Source: Candidatus Micrarchaeota archaeon
GTDB lineage: Archaea; Micrarchaeota; Micrarchaeia; Norongarragalinales; Norongarragalinaceae
Assembly (NCBI GenBank): GCA_016207165.1
Contig: JACQQD010000001.1
Coordinates: 116,643-180,642, forward strand
Reading direction: 5' to 3'
DNA length: 64,000 nt
Shown here: one piece after another, positions 19,190 to 29,683 of the stretch
How positions within the stretch are numbered: position 1 is the first letter of the stretch
How the letters are laid out: each line of letters starts with the position of its first letter
Notes under the pieces: generated by a model
The model's input: the letters and a program-made list of their open reading frames with translations, nothing else
The model's database searches: none
What the model was told of the DNA's origin: nothing
Program-made: the position numbers and the translations under genes

Positions 19190-20588
19190 GGGGTTTTCCC
19201 TCTTCCAGGTTGGGTTGCGTCAGGCGGGTGGGTTCAAGCAGGGCATCCAACTCTTTTTTCGTCAAGAGTTTTTTCTCCAGGACCACGTCCGCGACGCTTT
19301 GGCCTTTCGTCAATGCCTCTTGGACCAGCTTGGAGACTTGGCTGTAGCCCAAGATGGGGTTCAGGGCCGTGGCGACAATGGTGCTTTCCCGGACGTACCG
19401 GTCCAAGGTTTTGGCGTTCGCCGTGATGCCATCCACGCATGAATCCGCGAGCATAGTGCAGGTTTTGGTGTAGAGGTCCATGGTGGACAGCAATTCAAAG
19501 GCGATCAGAGGCGTGTTGGAGTTCAAGTCCAGTTGCGTGTTCTGGCAGGACAGTTCCACGGCGTGCATGGCGCCGATGCCGTGCATGGCCGCCATTTCCG
19601 CGGCTTCCACGATGGAGGGGTTGACTTTGCCGGGCATGATGGAACTTCCGGGCTCGACTTCCGGCAACCGGATTTCGGATAGGCCTGTTTTCGGGCCGCT
19701 AGAAAGCAGTTTGAGGTTGGCGCTGATGCGGACCAGGTCCGTGCCCAACAGCGTGAGGGATTGGGCGGCGTGAAGAAAATCGTTGTGGTTCTGCGTCAGT
19801 TCGATGGGGTCGTCGGTGGGCGAAAGTGGGACGCCGCAGAGCTTGGAAAGTTGTATGCAAACGGTTTTCCGGTACGCGGGCGTGGTGTTGATTCCGGTTC
19901 CCGCCGCGGTCCCGCCTAAATGGATTTCCGAGAGGGCGGCGAAACCGGCCTTCATGCGCGTGCGGCTGCGGTGGACGGCCGAGGCGTACGATTGGAATTG
20001 TTGGCCCAAGGTCATGGGCACGGCGTCCTGCAAATGGGTGCGCGCGGGCTTGACGAGTTTGGAAAACGCGGTGGCTTTTTTGGAGAACGCGTCTTGCAGG
20101 TTCTTGGCGGCGGCCTCCAGTTTCGGCCACGCCATGAGGCACGCGACGCGCGCCGCCGTGGGGATCACGTCGTTGGAGGACTGGCTCATGTTGACGTGGT
20201 TGTTGGGATGGACGGTATACTCGCCTTTTTTTCCGCCTAACAATTCGGTGGCGCGGTTGGCCAGGACTTCGTTGACGTTCATGTTGTAGGGCGTTCCGGC
20301 TCCGGCTTGGAAGGCGTCGAGGGGGAACTGGTCGTCGAATTTTCCGGCGAGTGTCTCGTCGACCGCCCTGGAAATGGCGTCGGCTTTTTCTTTTTCCAAC
20401 CGCCTTTCCTTGGCGTTGGCCTGCGCCGAGGCTTTCTTGACCAGCAAAAGCGCGTTTAACAAGAGCGGCGGGATTTTGTGCGGGGAGAGGTTGAAATTCT
20501 CCAGGGCGCGCACGGTGAACGCGCCAAAGTAGGCGTCTTTCGGCACGCGGACGCTGCCCAGGAAATCGTGTTCCATGCGGTAGGCCAT
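19182..20588 (-). CDS. Class II fumarate hydratase / aspartate ammonia-lyase family
   Basis: GSSIMPGKVNP, RTHLQDAVP, SQSSND; fumC vs aspA cannot be resolved by eye. Confidence 0.9.
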   Translation of the reverse strand: MAYRMEHDFLGSVRVPKDAYFGAFTVRALENFNLSPHKIPPLLLNALLLVKKASAQANAKERRLEKEKADAISRAVDETLAGKFDDQFPLDAFQAGAGTPYNMNVNEVLANRATELLGGKKGEYTVHPNNHVNMSQSSNDVIPTAARVACLMAWPKLEAAAKNLQDAFSKKATAFSKLVKPARTHLQDAVPMTLGQQFQSYASAVHRSRTRMKAGFAALSEIHLGGTAAGTGINTTPAYRKTVCIQLSKLCGVPLSPTDDPIELTQNHNDFLHAAQSLTLLGTDLVRISANLKLLSSGPKTGLSEIRLPEVEPGSSIMPGKVNPSIVEAAEMAAMHGIGAMHAVELSCQNTQLDLNSNTPLIAFELLSTMDLYTKTCTMLADSCVDGITANAKTLDRYVRESTIVATALNPILGYSQVSKLVQEALTKGQSVADVVLEKKLLTKKELDALLEPTRLTQPNLEEGKPRG

Positions 20589-20644
20589 AACGCCTTTATC
20601 GCTGACCGAAGTTTTAAATGGTTGTTCGGTCAGCTTTACCCCCA

Positions 20645-22306
20645 ATGCAGTTTGACGTCGTCATCGTGGGTGCGGGCCTGGCGGGTCTGCGCGCGGCCAT
20701 TGAATTGGAGGGCCGGTGTGCGGTGTTCTCCAAGTTCTACCCCAATTTGTCCCATTCCACCGAAGCCCAGGGTGGCATCAACGCGGTGCTGGATCCCGTG
20801 GACAAGACGGAAAACCACTTTTTCGACACTGTGAAGGGCTCCGACTGGCTGGGGGACCAGGATAAAATCGATATTCTGGTGCAAGACGCGCCCCGCGTCA
20901 TTTCGGAGATGCAGGAATGGAACGTGTCTTTTTCCCAAACCAACCAAGGCCAGGTGGCCCAGCGGCCGTTTGGAGGCCAGAACTTCAACCGGACTTGTTT
21001 TGTGGCGGACAAGACCGGTCACGCGTTGCTGTCGGGAACTCTCGCCAAGGCCAGGGAAAAGGACATCCAAATTTTTTCCGAGTGGTTCGTCACGAAAATC
21101 GTCGTTCAAGACGGCAAAGCGGTGGGCGTCGTGGCGTTGGAGCTTTCCTCCGGAAAATTCCACTCCGTCGCTTGCAAGGCCGTGCTGTTGGCTACCGGAG
21201 GCGCGGGACGCGTGTACGGCAGGACGACGAACGAAAAGAACACCGGCGACGGCATTTTTTTGGCGTTTGAGGCCGGCGCGCCCATCATGGACTTGGAATT
21301 CGTTCAATTCCATCCCACCACGCTTTTCGGCTCCAACAAGTTGATGAGCGAGGGCGCGCGCGGGGAAGGCGGCTATTTGCGGAACAAAAACGGCGAGCGT
21401 TTCATGAAGAATTACGCGCCGGACAAGATGGAGCTGGCGCCCCGCGACGTGGTGGCCCGCGCCATCACGCGCGAAATTTTGGCGGGCCGGGCGTTTGAGG
21501 ACGAGTACGTGCACTTGGACTTGACGCATTTAGGCAAAGAACACGTCTTGGAAAAGTTGCCGCAGATCCGCGAAATCGCGTTGCAGCGGACGGGCAAGGA
21601 CATGATTTCCGAACCCATTCCCGTGCAGCCGGGCCAGCATTACACCATGGGCGGCGTGGCCACGGACGCCGACGGGAAAACGGGGGTGCCCGCCGGCCTT
21701 TTTGCCGCCGGCGAGTGCGCGTGCGTGTCGGTTCACGGAGCCAACCGTTTGGGCGGCAACTCCCTTTTGGAAACCTTGGTCTTCGGACGCCGGGCGGGCC
21801 GGGCCATCCGCGATTACGTGGAAGGCCAGTCCTTTGTTGGCTTGCCGGCGGACGCGGCCAACGCGGACGCGTCGTTCCGTGACGCGTTGTTTAAACGCTA
21901 TGAAGGCGAGAAAGTCGCGGACGTGCGCCGGGAAATGGGGGCCGTCATGGACCGGTACGTCGGCGTGTTGCGCACTGAAAAGAGCTTGATGGAGGCCCGC
22001 GCCCGGTTGGCGGAAATTCGGAAGCGCTTTCAAAACGTGTTCATTTACGACCACAGCCACGCGTTCAACAACGACTTGGTGGCCGCGTTTGAGTTGAAGG
22101 GCATGCTGAAACTCGCGGAAATCATGGTGGAGGGCGCCCTGATGCGAAAGGAAAGCCGGGGAAGCCATTTTCGGGAAGACGTTCCCGGAAGAGACGACGA
22201 AAAATGGTTGAAGCACACGTTGGCGTTCAAGGACGACGACGGAATCCGGTTGGACTACAAACCAGTGACCGTCACGACGCTGCCGCCGCAAAAGCGGGAG
22301 TATTAG
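20645..22306 (+). CDS. sdhA: Succinate dehydrogenase/fumarate reductase flavoprotein subunit
   Basis: [15 protein letters not shown] (covalent FAD His), [36 protein letters not shown]. Confidence 0.92.
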   Translation: MQFDVVIVGAGLAGLRAAIELEGRCAVFSKFYPNLSHSTEAQGGINAVLDPVDKTENHFFDTVKGSDWLGDQDKIDILVQDAPRVISEMQEWNVSFSQTNQGQVAQRPFGGQNFNRTCFVADKTGHALLSGTLAKAREKDIQIFSEWFVTKIVVQDGKAVGVVALELSSGKFHSVACKAVLLATGGAGRVYGRTTNEKNTGDGIFLAFEAGAPIMDLEFVQFHPTTLFGSNKLMSEGARGEGGYLRNKNGERFMKNYAPDKMELAPRDVVARAITREILAGRAFEDEYVHLDLTHLGKEHVLEKLPQIREIALQRTGKDMISEPIPVQPGQHYTMGGVATDADGKTGVPAGLFAAGECACVSVHGANRLGGNSLLETLVFGRRAGRAIRDYVEGQSFVGLPADAANADASFRDALFKRYEGEKVADVRREMGAVMDRYVGVLRTEKSLMEARARLAEIRKRFQNVFIYDHSHAFNNDLVAAFELKGMLKLAEIMVEGALMRKESRGSHFREDVPGRDDEKWLKHTLAFKDDDGIRLDYKPVTVTTLPPQKREY

Positions 22307-22319
22307 TAGTGATGTTTCA

Positions 22320-23813
22320 ATGACTTTTTCTATGGTTTTCAACACTGAGCAAGTTTTCAAAACTGAAGGCGTTCCAGATTATACCTTTGTTAAGCCATCG
22401 AATTACACCGATATTTTCATTGATTTTCGTAATCCGAAAAAGCCGGTAATTCTTGAAGGCCAATCTGGTACGGGTAAAACTACTGTTGCTTTGAAAATAC
22501 TAAGTGAGCTTTACACTGGAAACGAGCCAAAGGTTTACAGCGGCCGCAATCGAGACGACGTTACTGCCTTAAGGAGTGCACTTTTGAGTAGAACCAGTCC
22601 GGTAATAATTATAGATGATTTTCATAGGCTTTCTGATGACCTAAAGGAGGAAATTGGCGAAAGCATAAAGATTTTTGCCGAGAAAGATTCAACCCCCGTT
22701 CCCAAAGTAATCATTATTGGGATTAACAAAATTGGCACAAGTTTAGTTCAGTTTACTCCGGACTCAGCAAAACGACTTGGAATACATAAAATTGCCAAGG
22801 GTTCCAGATCCCAAATCTTCGAACTTATTTCTAAAGGCGAAGCCACGTTGAATCTGGCATTTTCGGACGAAGATAAAGAAAAAATTCTAAATGAAGCTGA
22901 AGGTGACTATTGGCTCACTCAATTAATCTGTCAGAAGATTTGTATCCAGCACGACATTCTTTCTACTCAGTCATCCACCGTCACTTTACCTTTCGATGTT
23001 AATAGTGTTAGACTTGCATTGGTTGATAAGTTTGATGAACGTTACAAGCCTTTTGTTTTAGAATTTGTTAAGGGGACTCGATTTAGACAATCGAACCGAG
23101 GTTACTTTAGACTTCTCCATGCGGTTTCCGAATCAGGTAAGGCCACGGTTAGTTTTGACGAATTATCTGGAGAAAATCCGAAGATTAAGCCTACGCTTGA
23201 CCAGATTAAGAAAAAGCGTCTGGCCCAATTAATTCAGAAAAAGAATTTAGAAAATTTCTTTTACTTTGATTCAAAACTCTATACGTTTTCAATTGAGGAT
23301 CCTGCTGTGGCGTATTATGTTCGATATCTAACCTGGGAGAACCTACGGAAGGATGCTGGTTTTTCTAAAGAAGTATCTGAGTTTAAGTATGATGTTGCGT
23401 TTTCATTCGCTGGGTCTAGCAGAGATTTAGTCGAATTGGTTAAGACCGAACTCGAGGAACAAGACGTCACCTGCTTCTATGATCGGGATTATGAGCACAA
23501 ATTGTTGGGTTCGGATTTAGAAGCGGAGTTCGAGGCAGTCTACTCTAAAGATTCTCATCTAGTTGTAGCATTTATTGACGAAGAATACAAGACTCGAATC
23601 TGGCCCAAATTTGAACGAAGCTGTTATAATTCGAGAGTTGGATCCGGTCAAGTAATTCCTGTGCGGCTAGACGACACGATTATACATGAAATCTCCGACA
23701 GTATCGGTAGAATCGACTTTTCTCTATCCTCGGGTTGGGAGTCAAAAACTAAATCTCTTTTAACAGATAAAATATTTGAACGATTGAAGGAATTAGATTC
23801 TAGCGTTTCGTGA
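22320..23813 (+). CDS. P-loop ATPase fused to C-terminal TIR domain (putative antiviral defence protein)
   Basis: GQSGTGKT, IIIDD; YDVAFSFAG...FYD...WPKFE TIR motifs; markedly AT-rich compared with flanks. Confidence 0.85.
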   Translation: MTFSMVFNTEQVFKTEGVPDYTFVKPSNYTDIFIDFRNPKKPVILEGQSGTGKTTVALKILSELYTGNEPKVYSGRNRDDVTALRSALLSRTSPVIIIDDFHRLSDDLKEEIGESIKIFAEKDSTPVPKVIIIGINKIGTSLVQFTPDSAKRLGIHKIAKGSRSQIFELISKGEATLNLAFSDEDKEKILNEAEGDYWLTQLICQKICIQHDILSTQSSTVTLPFDVNSVRLALVDKFDERYKPFVLEFVKGTRFRQSNRGYFRLLHAVSESGKATVSFDELSGENPKIKPTLDQIKKKRLAQLIQKKNLENFFYFDSKLYTFSIEDPAVAYYVRYLTWENLRKDAGFSKEVSEFKYDVAFSFAGSSRDLVELVKTELEEQDVTCFYDRDYEHKLLGSDLEAEFEAVYSKDSHLVVAFIDEEYKTRIWPKFERSCYNSRVGSGQVIPVRLDDTIIHEISDSIGRIDFSLSSGWESKTKSLLTDKIFERLKELDSSVS

Positions 23814-23819
23814 TTTTCA

Positions 23820-25457
23820 ATGAATGCCGCGGATTTGTTCGTCCAATGCTTGGAAGTGGAAGGCGTCCAATACGTTTTCGGCATTCCGGGCGAGGAAACG
23901 CTGGAGATCAACGAGGCGTTGGACCAGTCCAAGCAAATCCAGTTCATCGCTTTTCGCCACGAGCAGGGCGCCGCGTTTGCGGCGGACGTGTACGGCCGGC
24001 TGACCGGCAGACCCGGGGTTTGTTTGGCCACGTTGGGCCCTGGGGCCACCAACCTCATTACCGGAGTGGCGGATGCGAACCTGGACCGGGCTCCGCTTGT
24101 AGCCATCACTGGCCAAAAGGCGTTGCGGTCGGCGCACAAGGAGTTCCACCAGTACATTGACGTGCCGCAGGTGTTTAAAGCGGTGACGAAGTGGACGCAA
24201 CGCATCTTGACGCCGGACACGGTTCCGGAAGTGGTGCGCAAGGCGTTCCGCATCGCGATTTTGGAAAAGCCCGGGGCCACGCACGTGGAACTCTCGGAAG
24301 ACGTGGCTTCCGCGCCCGTGATTGGAAAGCCCTTGCGTCCGGCGCCCAAACTCATGTTTCGCGCGTCGGACAAAGAGCGCCGGGAGGCGTTGGCCATTCT
24401 GGATAACGCCGCGCGTCCGTTGATTTTGGCTGGAAACGGGGTGATTCGTTCGCGCGCCACCCCGGAACTCGTTGCTTTCGCCGAAAAGACGAACATTCCC
24501 GTGGCCAACACCTTCATGGCCAAGGGCGCGTTTCCCTCCGATCACCCGTTGCACGTGTCCACCCTGGGTCTTCAGTCCAAGGATTACTTGACGTGCGGGT
24601 TTGACCGGGCGGACTTGGTCATTGCCATCGGCTACGATTTGGTCGAATACGCGCCCGCGTTTTGGAACCCCAACAAGGACAAGAAGATTTTGTGCATCGA
24701 CTTGGTTCCCAGCGAAGTGGACGCCCACTACAACTTCGACTTGGAGCTGGTCGGCAACATTTCCTACGTGCTCAAGAAGCTCACCGAGGAAACCACGTAC
24801 CGCAACGGGGACGATTACTCGTTGGGTTTGAAGCGGTTGATGGCCGAAGAGAAAAAACAGGTGGGTTCCGACTCCGATTTTCCCGTCAAACCGCAACGCA
24901 TCATTGCCGACTTGCGCGCCGCTTTGGGAAGGTCCGACATCCTCATTTCCGACGTGGGCGCGCACAAGCTGTGGATTGGACGGCTGTATTCGGCGTACGA
25001 GCCGAACACGTGCATCATTTCCAATGGTTTTGCTTCCATGGGCATCGCTTTACCGGGAGCCATTGGCGCCAAGCTGGCGTTTCCCGAAAAGAAAGTCGTG
25101 GCCGCCATGGGGGATGGATGCTTTTTGATGAATTCCCAGGAGCTGGAGACGGCGGTTCGGCTGGGCCTGGATTTCGTGGTCGTGATTTGGAGCGACCGGG
25201 AATTCGGCGCCATTTCCTGGCACCAGAAAAAGCGTGGTTTCAAGCCCGCCGGCATTTCGTTTACCAATCCGGACTTCGTCAAGTACGCGGAAAGCTTCGG
25301 GTGCCGGGGCGTTCGCGTTTCCAGGGCCTCGGAGTTTTTGCCGGCATTGCAGAAGGCCCTGGATTTTAAGGGCATCACCGTGATTGACGTGCCGGTGGAC
25401 TACTCGGAGAATATGACGCTGACGCAGAAGTTGGGCCAGAACATTTGCCCTGTTTAA
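23820..25457 (+). CDS. ThDP-dependent acetolactate-synthase-like enzyme, probable 2-oxoglutarate decarboxylase
   Basis: FGIPGEE, RHEQGAAF.ADVYGRLTG, HQYID, DVGAHKLW, GDG motif, PVDYSEN; adjacent to SSADH. Confidence 0.8.
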   Translation: MNAADLFVQCLEVEGVQYVFGIPGEETLEINEALDQSKQIQFIAFRHEQGAAFAADVYGRLTGRPGVCLATLGPGATNLITGVADANLDRAPLVAITGQKALRSAHKEFHQYIDVPQVFKAVTKWTQRILTPDTVPEVVRKAFRIAILEKPGATHVELSEDVASAPVIGKPLRPAPKLMFRASDKERREALAILDNAARPLILAGNGVIRSRATPELVAFAEKTNIPVANTFMAKGAFPSDHPLHVSTLGLQSKDYLTCGFDRADLVIAIGYDLVEYAPAFWNPNKDKKILCIDLVPSEVDAHYNFDLELVGNISYVLKKLTEETTYRNGDDYSLGLKRLMAEEKKQVGSDSDFPVKPQRIIADLRAALGRSDILISDVGAHKLWIGRLYSAYEPNTCIISNGFASMGIALPGAIGAKLAFPEKKVVAAMGDGCFLMNSQELETAVRLGLDFVVVIWSDREFGAISWHQKKRGFKPAGISFTNPDFVKYAESFGCRGVRVSRASEFLPALQKALDFKGITVIDVPVDYSENMTLTQKLGQNICPV

Positions 25458-26824
25458 TAGATGTTGTAGGCTTTGACGTTGCAGAATTCCTTCAAGCCGA
25501 ATTCTCCCAATTCCCGTCCGATCCCCGATTTCTTGATGCCGCCAAACGGCATGCGGGGGTCGCTTTGGGTGACGTGGTTGACGAACACCGCTCCGGCCTG
25601 GATTTGTCGGGCCACGTTTTCCCCGCGTTTGACGTCTTTCGTCCACACGGAGCCGCCCAGTCCCAGTTCCGAGTCGTTGGCCAACGCCACGGCTTCTTCA
25701 TCCGATGAAACGATCATGATGGGGGCGGCTGGGCCGAAGACTTCCTCGCTCCACACCCGCATGTCTTTGGCCACTTGGCTTAAGACGGTGGGCGCGTAGA
25801 ACGCTCCCTTCGGAAAACCCGCCGGAATTTTTCCGCCGCAAAGCACTTTCGCGCCTTTGGCCACTGAATCGTCGACTTGGTTTTTGACTTCGTCGCGTTG
25901 CTTGGCCGATGAAAGGGGGCCGATTTGCGTGTCGGAGTCCATGGGGTCCCCGACTTTCAACGACGCCATCTTTTGTACGAATCCCTTCGTGAACGCGTCC
26001 GCGATTTTTTCGTGGACGATGAAGCGCTTGGCGGCGATGCAGCTTTGCCCGTTGTTCTGGACTCGTCCGTGGACGGCGGCGGCCACGGTTTTCTCCAAGT
26101 CCGCATCCTCCAACACGATGAACGGATCGGATCCCCCCAACTCCAACACGAGTTTCTTGAGGTTTTCGGAGGCTTGCGCGCCAACGATTTTTCCGGCTTT
26201 CTCGCTGCCCGTCAAGGAAACGCCTTGGATGTACGGGGACTGGACCATGGCTTCCACGGCGTCATGCCCCGTGATGACGACGTTGAAAACGTTTTCAGGA
26301 AAACCCGCTTCCCGGAACGCCTCGCCTAAGGCGTTGGCGCACAAAGGCACGTTGTTGGAGTGCCGCAAGACCAGGGTGTTGCCCGCCAGCATGGTGGGAA
26401 TGGCCACGCGAAGCAACTGCCAGAACGGAAAATTCCACGGCATGACGGCCAGCACCGTGCCCAGCGGCTCAAATCGGACGACGTGCTTGCGGCCATCGGC
26501 ATGCACTTCGTGGTCTTTGAGCCATTCCGACGCGTTTTCCGCGTAGACTTCCGCCGTCCACGCGCTTTTCTCGACTTCCGCTTCGGCTTGGCGGATGGGT
26601 TTGCCCATTTCCCGGACCATGGTCTCCGCGTACTCTTTTTTCTTTGCGCGGAGTGCCCGCGCCAGTTTTTTTAGGCAGGCCCCCCGTTTTTCCAGGGCAA
26701 CGTTTTTCCACCCCGCAAACGCGTCATGGGTTTTCCGGCAGGCGTCCACGGCTTGCGCCGCGGTCATGGCCTCCAAGGTGGCGTTGATGGTTCCGTCAAA
26801 CGGGTTGATGGATTGAATCGGCAT
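25454..26824 (-). CDS. NAD(P)-dependent succinate-semialdehyde dehydrogenase
   Basis: VMPWNFPFWQ, LELGGSDP, NNGQSCIAAKR, EEVFGP, PFGGIKKSG. Confidence 0.9.
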   Translation of the reverse strand: MPIQSINPFDGTINATLEAMTAAQAVDACRKTHDAFAGWKNVALEKRGACLKKLARALRAKKKEYAETMVREMGKPIRQAEAEVEKSAWTAEVYAENASEWLKDHEVHADGRKHVVRFEPLGTVLAVMPWNFPFWQLLRVAIPTMLAGNTLVLRHSNNVPLCANALGEAFREAGFPENVFNVVITGHDAVEAMVQSPYIQGVSLTGSEKAGKIVGAQASENLKKLVLELGGSDPFIVLEDADLEKTVAAAVHGRVQNNGQSCIAAKRFIVHEKIADAFTKGFVQKMASLKVGDPMDSDTQIGPLSSAKQRDEVKNQVDDSVAKGAKVLCGGKIPAGFPKGAFYAPTVLSQVAKDMRVWSEEVFGPAAPIMIVSSDEEAVALANDSELGLGGSVWTKDVKRGENVARQIQAGAVFVNHVTQSDPRMPFGGIKKSGIGRELGEFGLKEFCNVKAYNIY

Positions 26825-26865
26825 GGTTGCCTGTCACCCTCTGTAAACCTGGTGTTGGCCCTTGA

Positions 26866-27549
26866 TTAATTTTTGTGCGGTGGGCGTTTGCCTTCCAGCT
26901 TCAAAAACCATTTCTTGAAGGCGTCAAACCCATCGGCTTGCGCATGCACGCTGCGCGTCCCAAGCACCACGGCGTCCACGCCGAGTTGAGCGAGTTTCCG
27001 GATGTCGGCTTGGGTCGTCACGCCGAAGCCTGCGACGACCGGAATTTTTTTCGTGGCGCGGATGCGGTCCACCGTTTTTTTGATGGCGTCGCTTCGGTAC
27101 ATGGTTTGGCCGCGGCCGGGCGCGCATTGCAGGTAGACGAATGCTTGGGAGGCGGAAACTCGTGCTTCCAGGTTTTTTTGTCCCGGCTGCACTTTCGCGG
27201 CAAAGCGCGTGCCTTTGACGGCGTTGAGGCGATGGAGGGTAGAGGGGGACGCGGGAAAAAGCGTGACGTCAAAGGTTTCGCGGATTTGTTGGAGGGTGCA
27301 GGCGTCGGGCTTTTTGGAAAGCATTAAAAAATTGGGGTGGATGTTTTGGAACGCTTCAAAGACGTCCGATGTCATGACGCCGTTTTCACGGGCGGCGCGG
27401 TGCACTTGCCTGACGATGCCTTTGGCGTGGGACGGGTTTTTGGGCAGAGTCGTTTCCACCATGGCGCCCCGCGTTTTGAGAAACGCTAGCACAGAAAGCG
27501 AGTCTTCAAGCGTGGGATAACCCAGCATGACGAACGGCACGCGCTTCAT
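26866..27549 (-). CDS. Divergent tryptophan synthase alpha-like TIM barrel
   Basis: PFVMLGYP, FVYL, PVVAGFGV, DAVVLGT; ADG motif is lost. Confidence 0.7.
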   Translation of the reverse strand: MKRVPFVMLGYPTLEDSLSVLAFLKTRGAMVETTLPKNPSHAKGIVRQVHRAARENGVMTSDVFEAFQNIHPNFLMLSKKPDACTLQQIRETFDVTLFPASPSTLHRLNAVKGTRFAAKVQPGQKNLEARVSASQAFVYLQCAPGRGQTMYRSDAIKKTVDRIRATKKIPVVAGFGVTTQADIRKLAQLGVDAVVLGTRSVHAQADGFDAFKKWFLKLEGKRPPHKN

Positions 27550-27556
27550 GCGGTAC

Positions 27557-28468
27557 TCAGGGTCCGGGGGCTTTTATGGCTGGCGCCGTTTTCGGGACCG
27601 CGATCCAATACAATCCCGACAACACCAGGGCCATGCCGGCGAGGAAAAAGGCGGACAGTTGCTCGCCGAGAAACAAGGCCGAGTACGCGACGGCGAAAAC
27701 CGGCAAGAGCAGCTTGAAACTGGAGGCCGTGACCACGCCCAACTGCTTGATGCCTTCAAACAAGAGGCTCCAACACACGCCGCTCACGACGAAGCCAATC
27801 CAAAAAAGCCCCGCCCAGTTGGCAATGGAAATGCCGGCGGCGTGTCGCCATTCACCCAACGCCAGCCACGTGATGAAAAAACCGGCCAAGGCCGGCAGGA
27901 TGCCCCAGAACTGGCCTTGCACGGCCCTGTATTTTTTCGCCAACGGCACGATGGCAATGGCCGCGATGGCGATGCAGAATGCCCCTGCCAACAAGAGGAG
28001 GTTGCCGGCGAAGTACGCGGGGTCGGCGGCCCACGCCAGTTCGCCGTTGGTGACGACCAAAACGATGCCGAAAAACGCGAGGCTTAAGCCTGCGAGAGTG
28101 CGGGGCGTGAGGCGTTCGCGGAGGATGGCGGCGGCCAAAAGCGCGACGAACAGGGGGTTGGCGTTGACCAGCACCGCCGACGCGGAGGCGGTGGACAACT
28201 GCAACCCCGTGTTGTTCAGCCATACCGCGAGAAAGGCGCCAAACGCGGCGTTGATGAAAACGTACTTCCAGTCCTTTTTTTCGGGCCACGCGATTTGCTT
28301 TTGGTACGCCAAATAGGGCACGAAGAAGAAAAGCGCGAAAAACAAGCGGAAAAACGAGAGCGTCAGCGGTGAGACGTCGTTCAGGACGAGTTTGGCGATG
28401 GGGTGAAAGCTCGCCCAAACGGCCATGGCGATAAACAGGATGACCATCCAGCGGGTGCGGGAATCCAT
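27557..28468 (-). CDS. EamA/DMT family transporter
   Basis: About 10 TM helices, two EamA repeats, P.F.ALLA..IL.ER. Confidence 0.9.
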   Translation of the reverse strand: MDSRTRWMVILFIAMAVWASFHPIAKLVLNDVSPLTLSFFRLFFALFFFVPYLAYQKQIAWPEKKDWKYVFINAAFGAFLAVWLNNTGLQLSTASASAVLVNANPLFVALLAAAILRERLTPRTLAGLSLAFFGIVLVVTNGELAWAADPAYFAGNLLLLAGAFCIAIAAIAIVPLAKKYRAVQGQFWGILPALAGFFITWLALGEWRHAAGISIANWAGLFWIGFVVSGVCWSLLFEGIKQLGVVTASSFKLLLPVFAVAYSALFLGEQLSAFFLAGMALVLSGLYWIAVPKTAPAIKAPGP

Positions 28469-28578
28469 GTCTGCGATTAGACGCTTGGCCGTCTTATCGC
28501 TTTGGGCTGCGTCGAATGATTTTTTTCCAACCACTGCTTTTTATTAATTCTCAATGCACTGGAACTGTTGGTGATACG

Positions 28579-28857
28579 ATGTCTTATCGTCAGTTGGTCG
28601 GGATGATTCGGCGGCTTGAAACGGGTGAACACAAGTTGACCCCTAATGAGCGCAGGGCACTTGACAATGCCCTTTCTGGCACATCATGTCAAATGAATAC
28701 GTTGAACATGGGTGGCGGCATTGTGCGTGCTGTGGAACTACTTTTGGATCTCGCTGAGAGGTCCCGCTCGGAACCGAAGATAAAATTGAGTTTTAATCCG
28801 GATCATTTGGATTCTGCGTATTCAAAACTCTTGGCGGCTCATGAAAAGAGCAAGTAA
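28579..28857 (+). CDS. Hypothetical protein
   Basis: RBS ggtga before ATG; lower GC. Confidence 0.5.
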   Translation: MSYRQLVGMIRRLETGEHKLTPNERRALDNALSGTSCQMNTLNMGGGIVRAVELLLDLAERSRSEPKIKLSFNPDHLDSAYSKLLAAHEKSK

Positions 28858-28878
28858 CGTTGGCGGTTTGGTTTCCGC

Positions 28879-29625
28879 TTACTCGTTTTCGACGCGGGGC
28901 GCCAGGTAGTACGTGAGTTGGGCGTCGCCGATGGGGTACGTGATTTTGATCGGTGCGTCGCTTTTGAGGTGGACGTTGACAGCCGCGTCGTCGGGGCAGC
29001 CTTTGGTGATGTTGTTCAAATAGTCAAACGGGTACATGGAGCGACTGGGCTTTTTCACGTCCAGCGCCGCCAACGAATCGGAGTCCTTCATGGTCTCCGT
29101 CTTGACGTCGCCGGCGTCGCCTTTGGCCTCCAAATTGAACTGGTGCTCGGACACATCGAAAATCACGTGGCTGGACAAAAGTCCGGCGTCCTGGAGCATG
29201 GATTTGAGTGCTCCCCCTTGGATTTTGACTTGCGCGTCAAAAGGCACGTTGGGCTCCTTGGGCATGGCCGTGGAGGAATCCAGCAGCGGCATTTTGAACA
29301 CTCTTTTTGATGATCCGGTGAACGTCAACTGTAGTTTGGCGTCTTTTTCGTCCAAGACAATTTCCAGGCTTTCGCCGGCCCGGCTGCGCGAGAGGATTTT
29401 CGAAAAATCCACGAGGTTCAACGTGGCCGAAGATTTTTCGTCCACGTCCAGTTTGTCCAACGCCGTGGCGGGAAGCCGAAAGTCCACCATCGCGATCTGC
29501 GAGGGGTCCATGGTGCGCAGGTGCAATCCTTCCTTGGTGGCGACAAAGCTTCCTTCATCCACCAAGCTTACGATGGCGTCCACGCAGGACTTGAAGAATT
29601 TGGCGTCCTTGACGGAAAAGCGCAT
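28879..29625 (-). CDS. pcn: DNA polymerase sliding clamp PCNA
   Basis: MDPSQIAMV, YYLAPRVE, 248 aa. Confidence 0.95.
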   Translation of the reverse strand: MRFSVKDAKFFKSCVDAIVSLVDEGSFVATKEGLHLRTMDPSQIAMVDFRLPATALDKLDVDEKSSATLNLVDFSKILSRSRAGESLEIVLDEKDAKLQLTFTGSSKRVFKMPLLDSSTAMPKEPNVPFDAQVKIQGGALKSMLQDAGLLSSHVIFDVSEHQFNLEAKGDAGDVKTETMKDSDSLAALDVKKPSRSMYPFDYLNNITKGCPDDAAVNVHLKSDAPIKITYPIGDAQLTYYLAPRVENE

Positions 29626-29683
29626 AGGCTCTCTTGTGTGAGTCGTCAAGCATATTAAGGTTTTTGTGGAATTGGCGGGGTTT

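Noticed and set aside
23820-25457. Plain ilvB annotation for branched-chain amino acid synthesis
   Set aside because: No small subunit or ilv neighbours; context and motifs favour 2-oxoglutarate decarboxylase, though this is unproven
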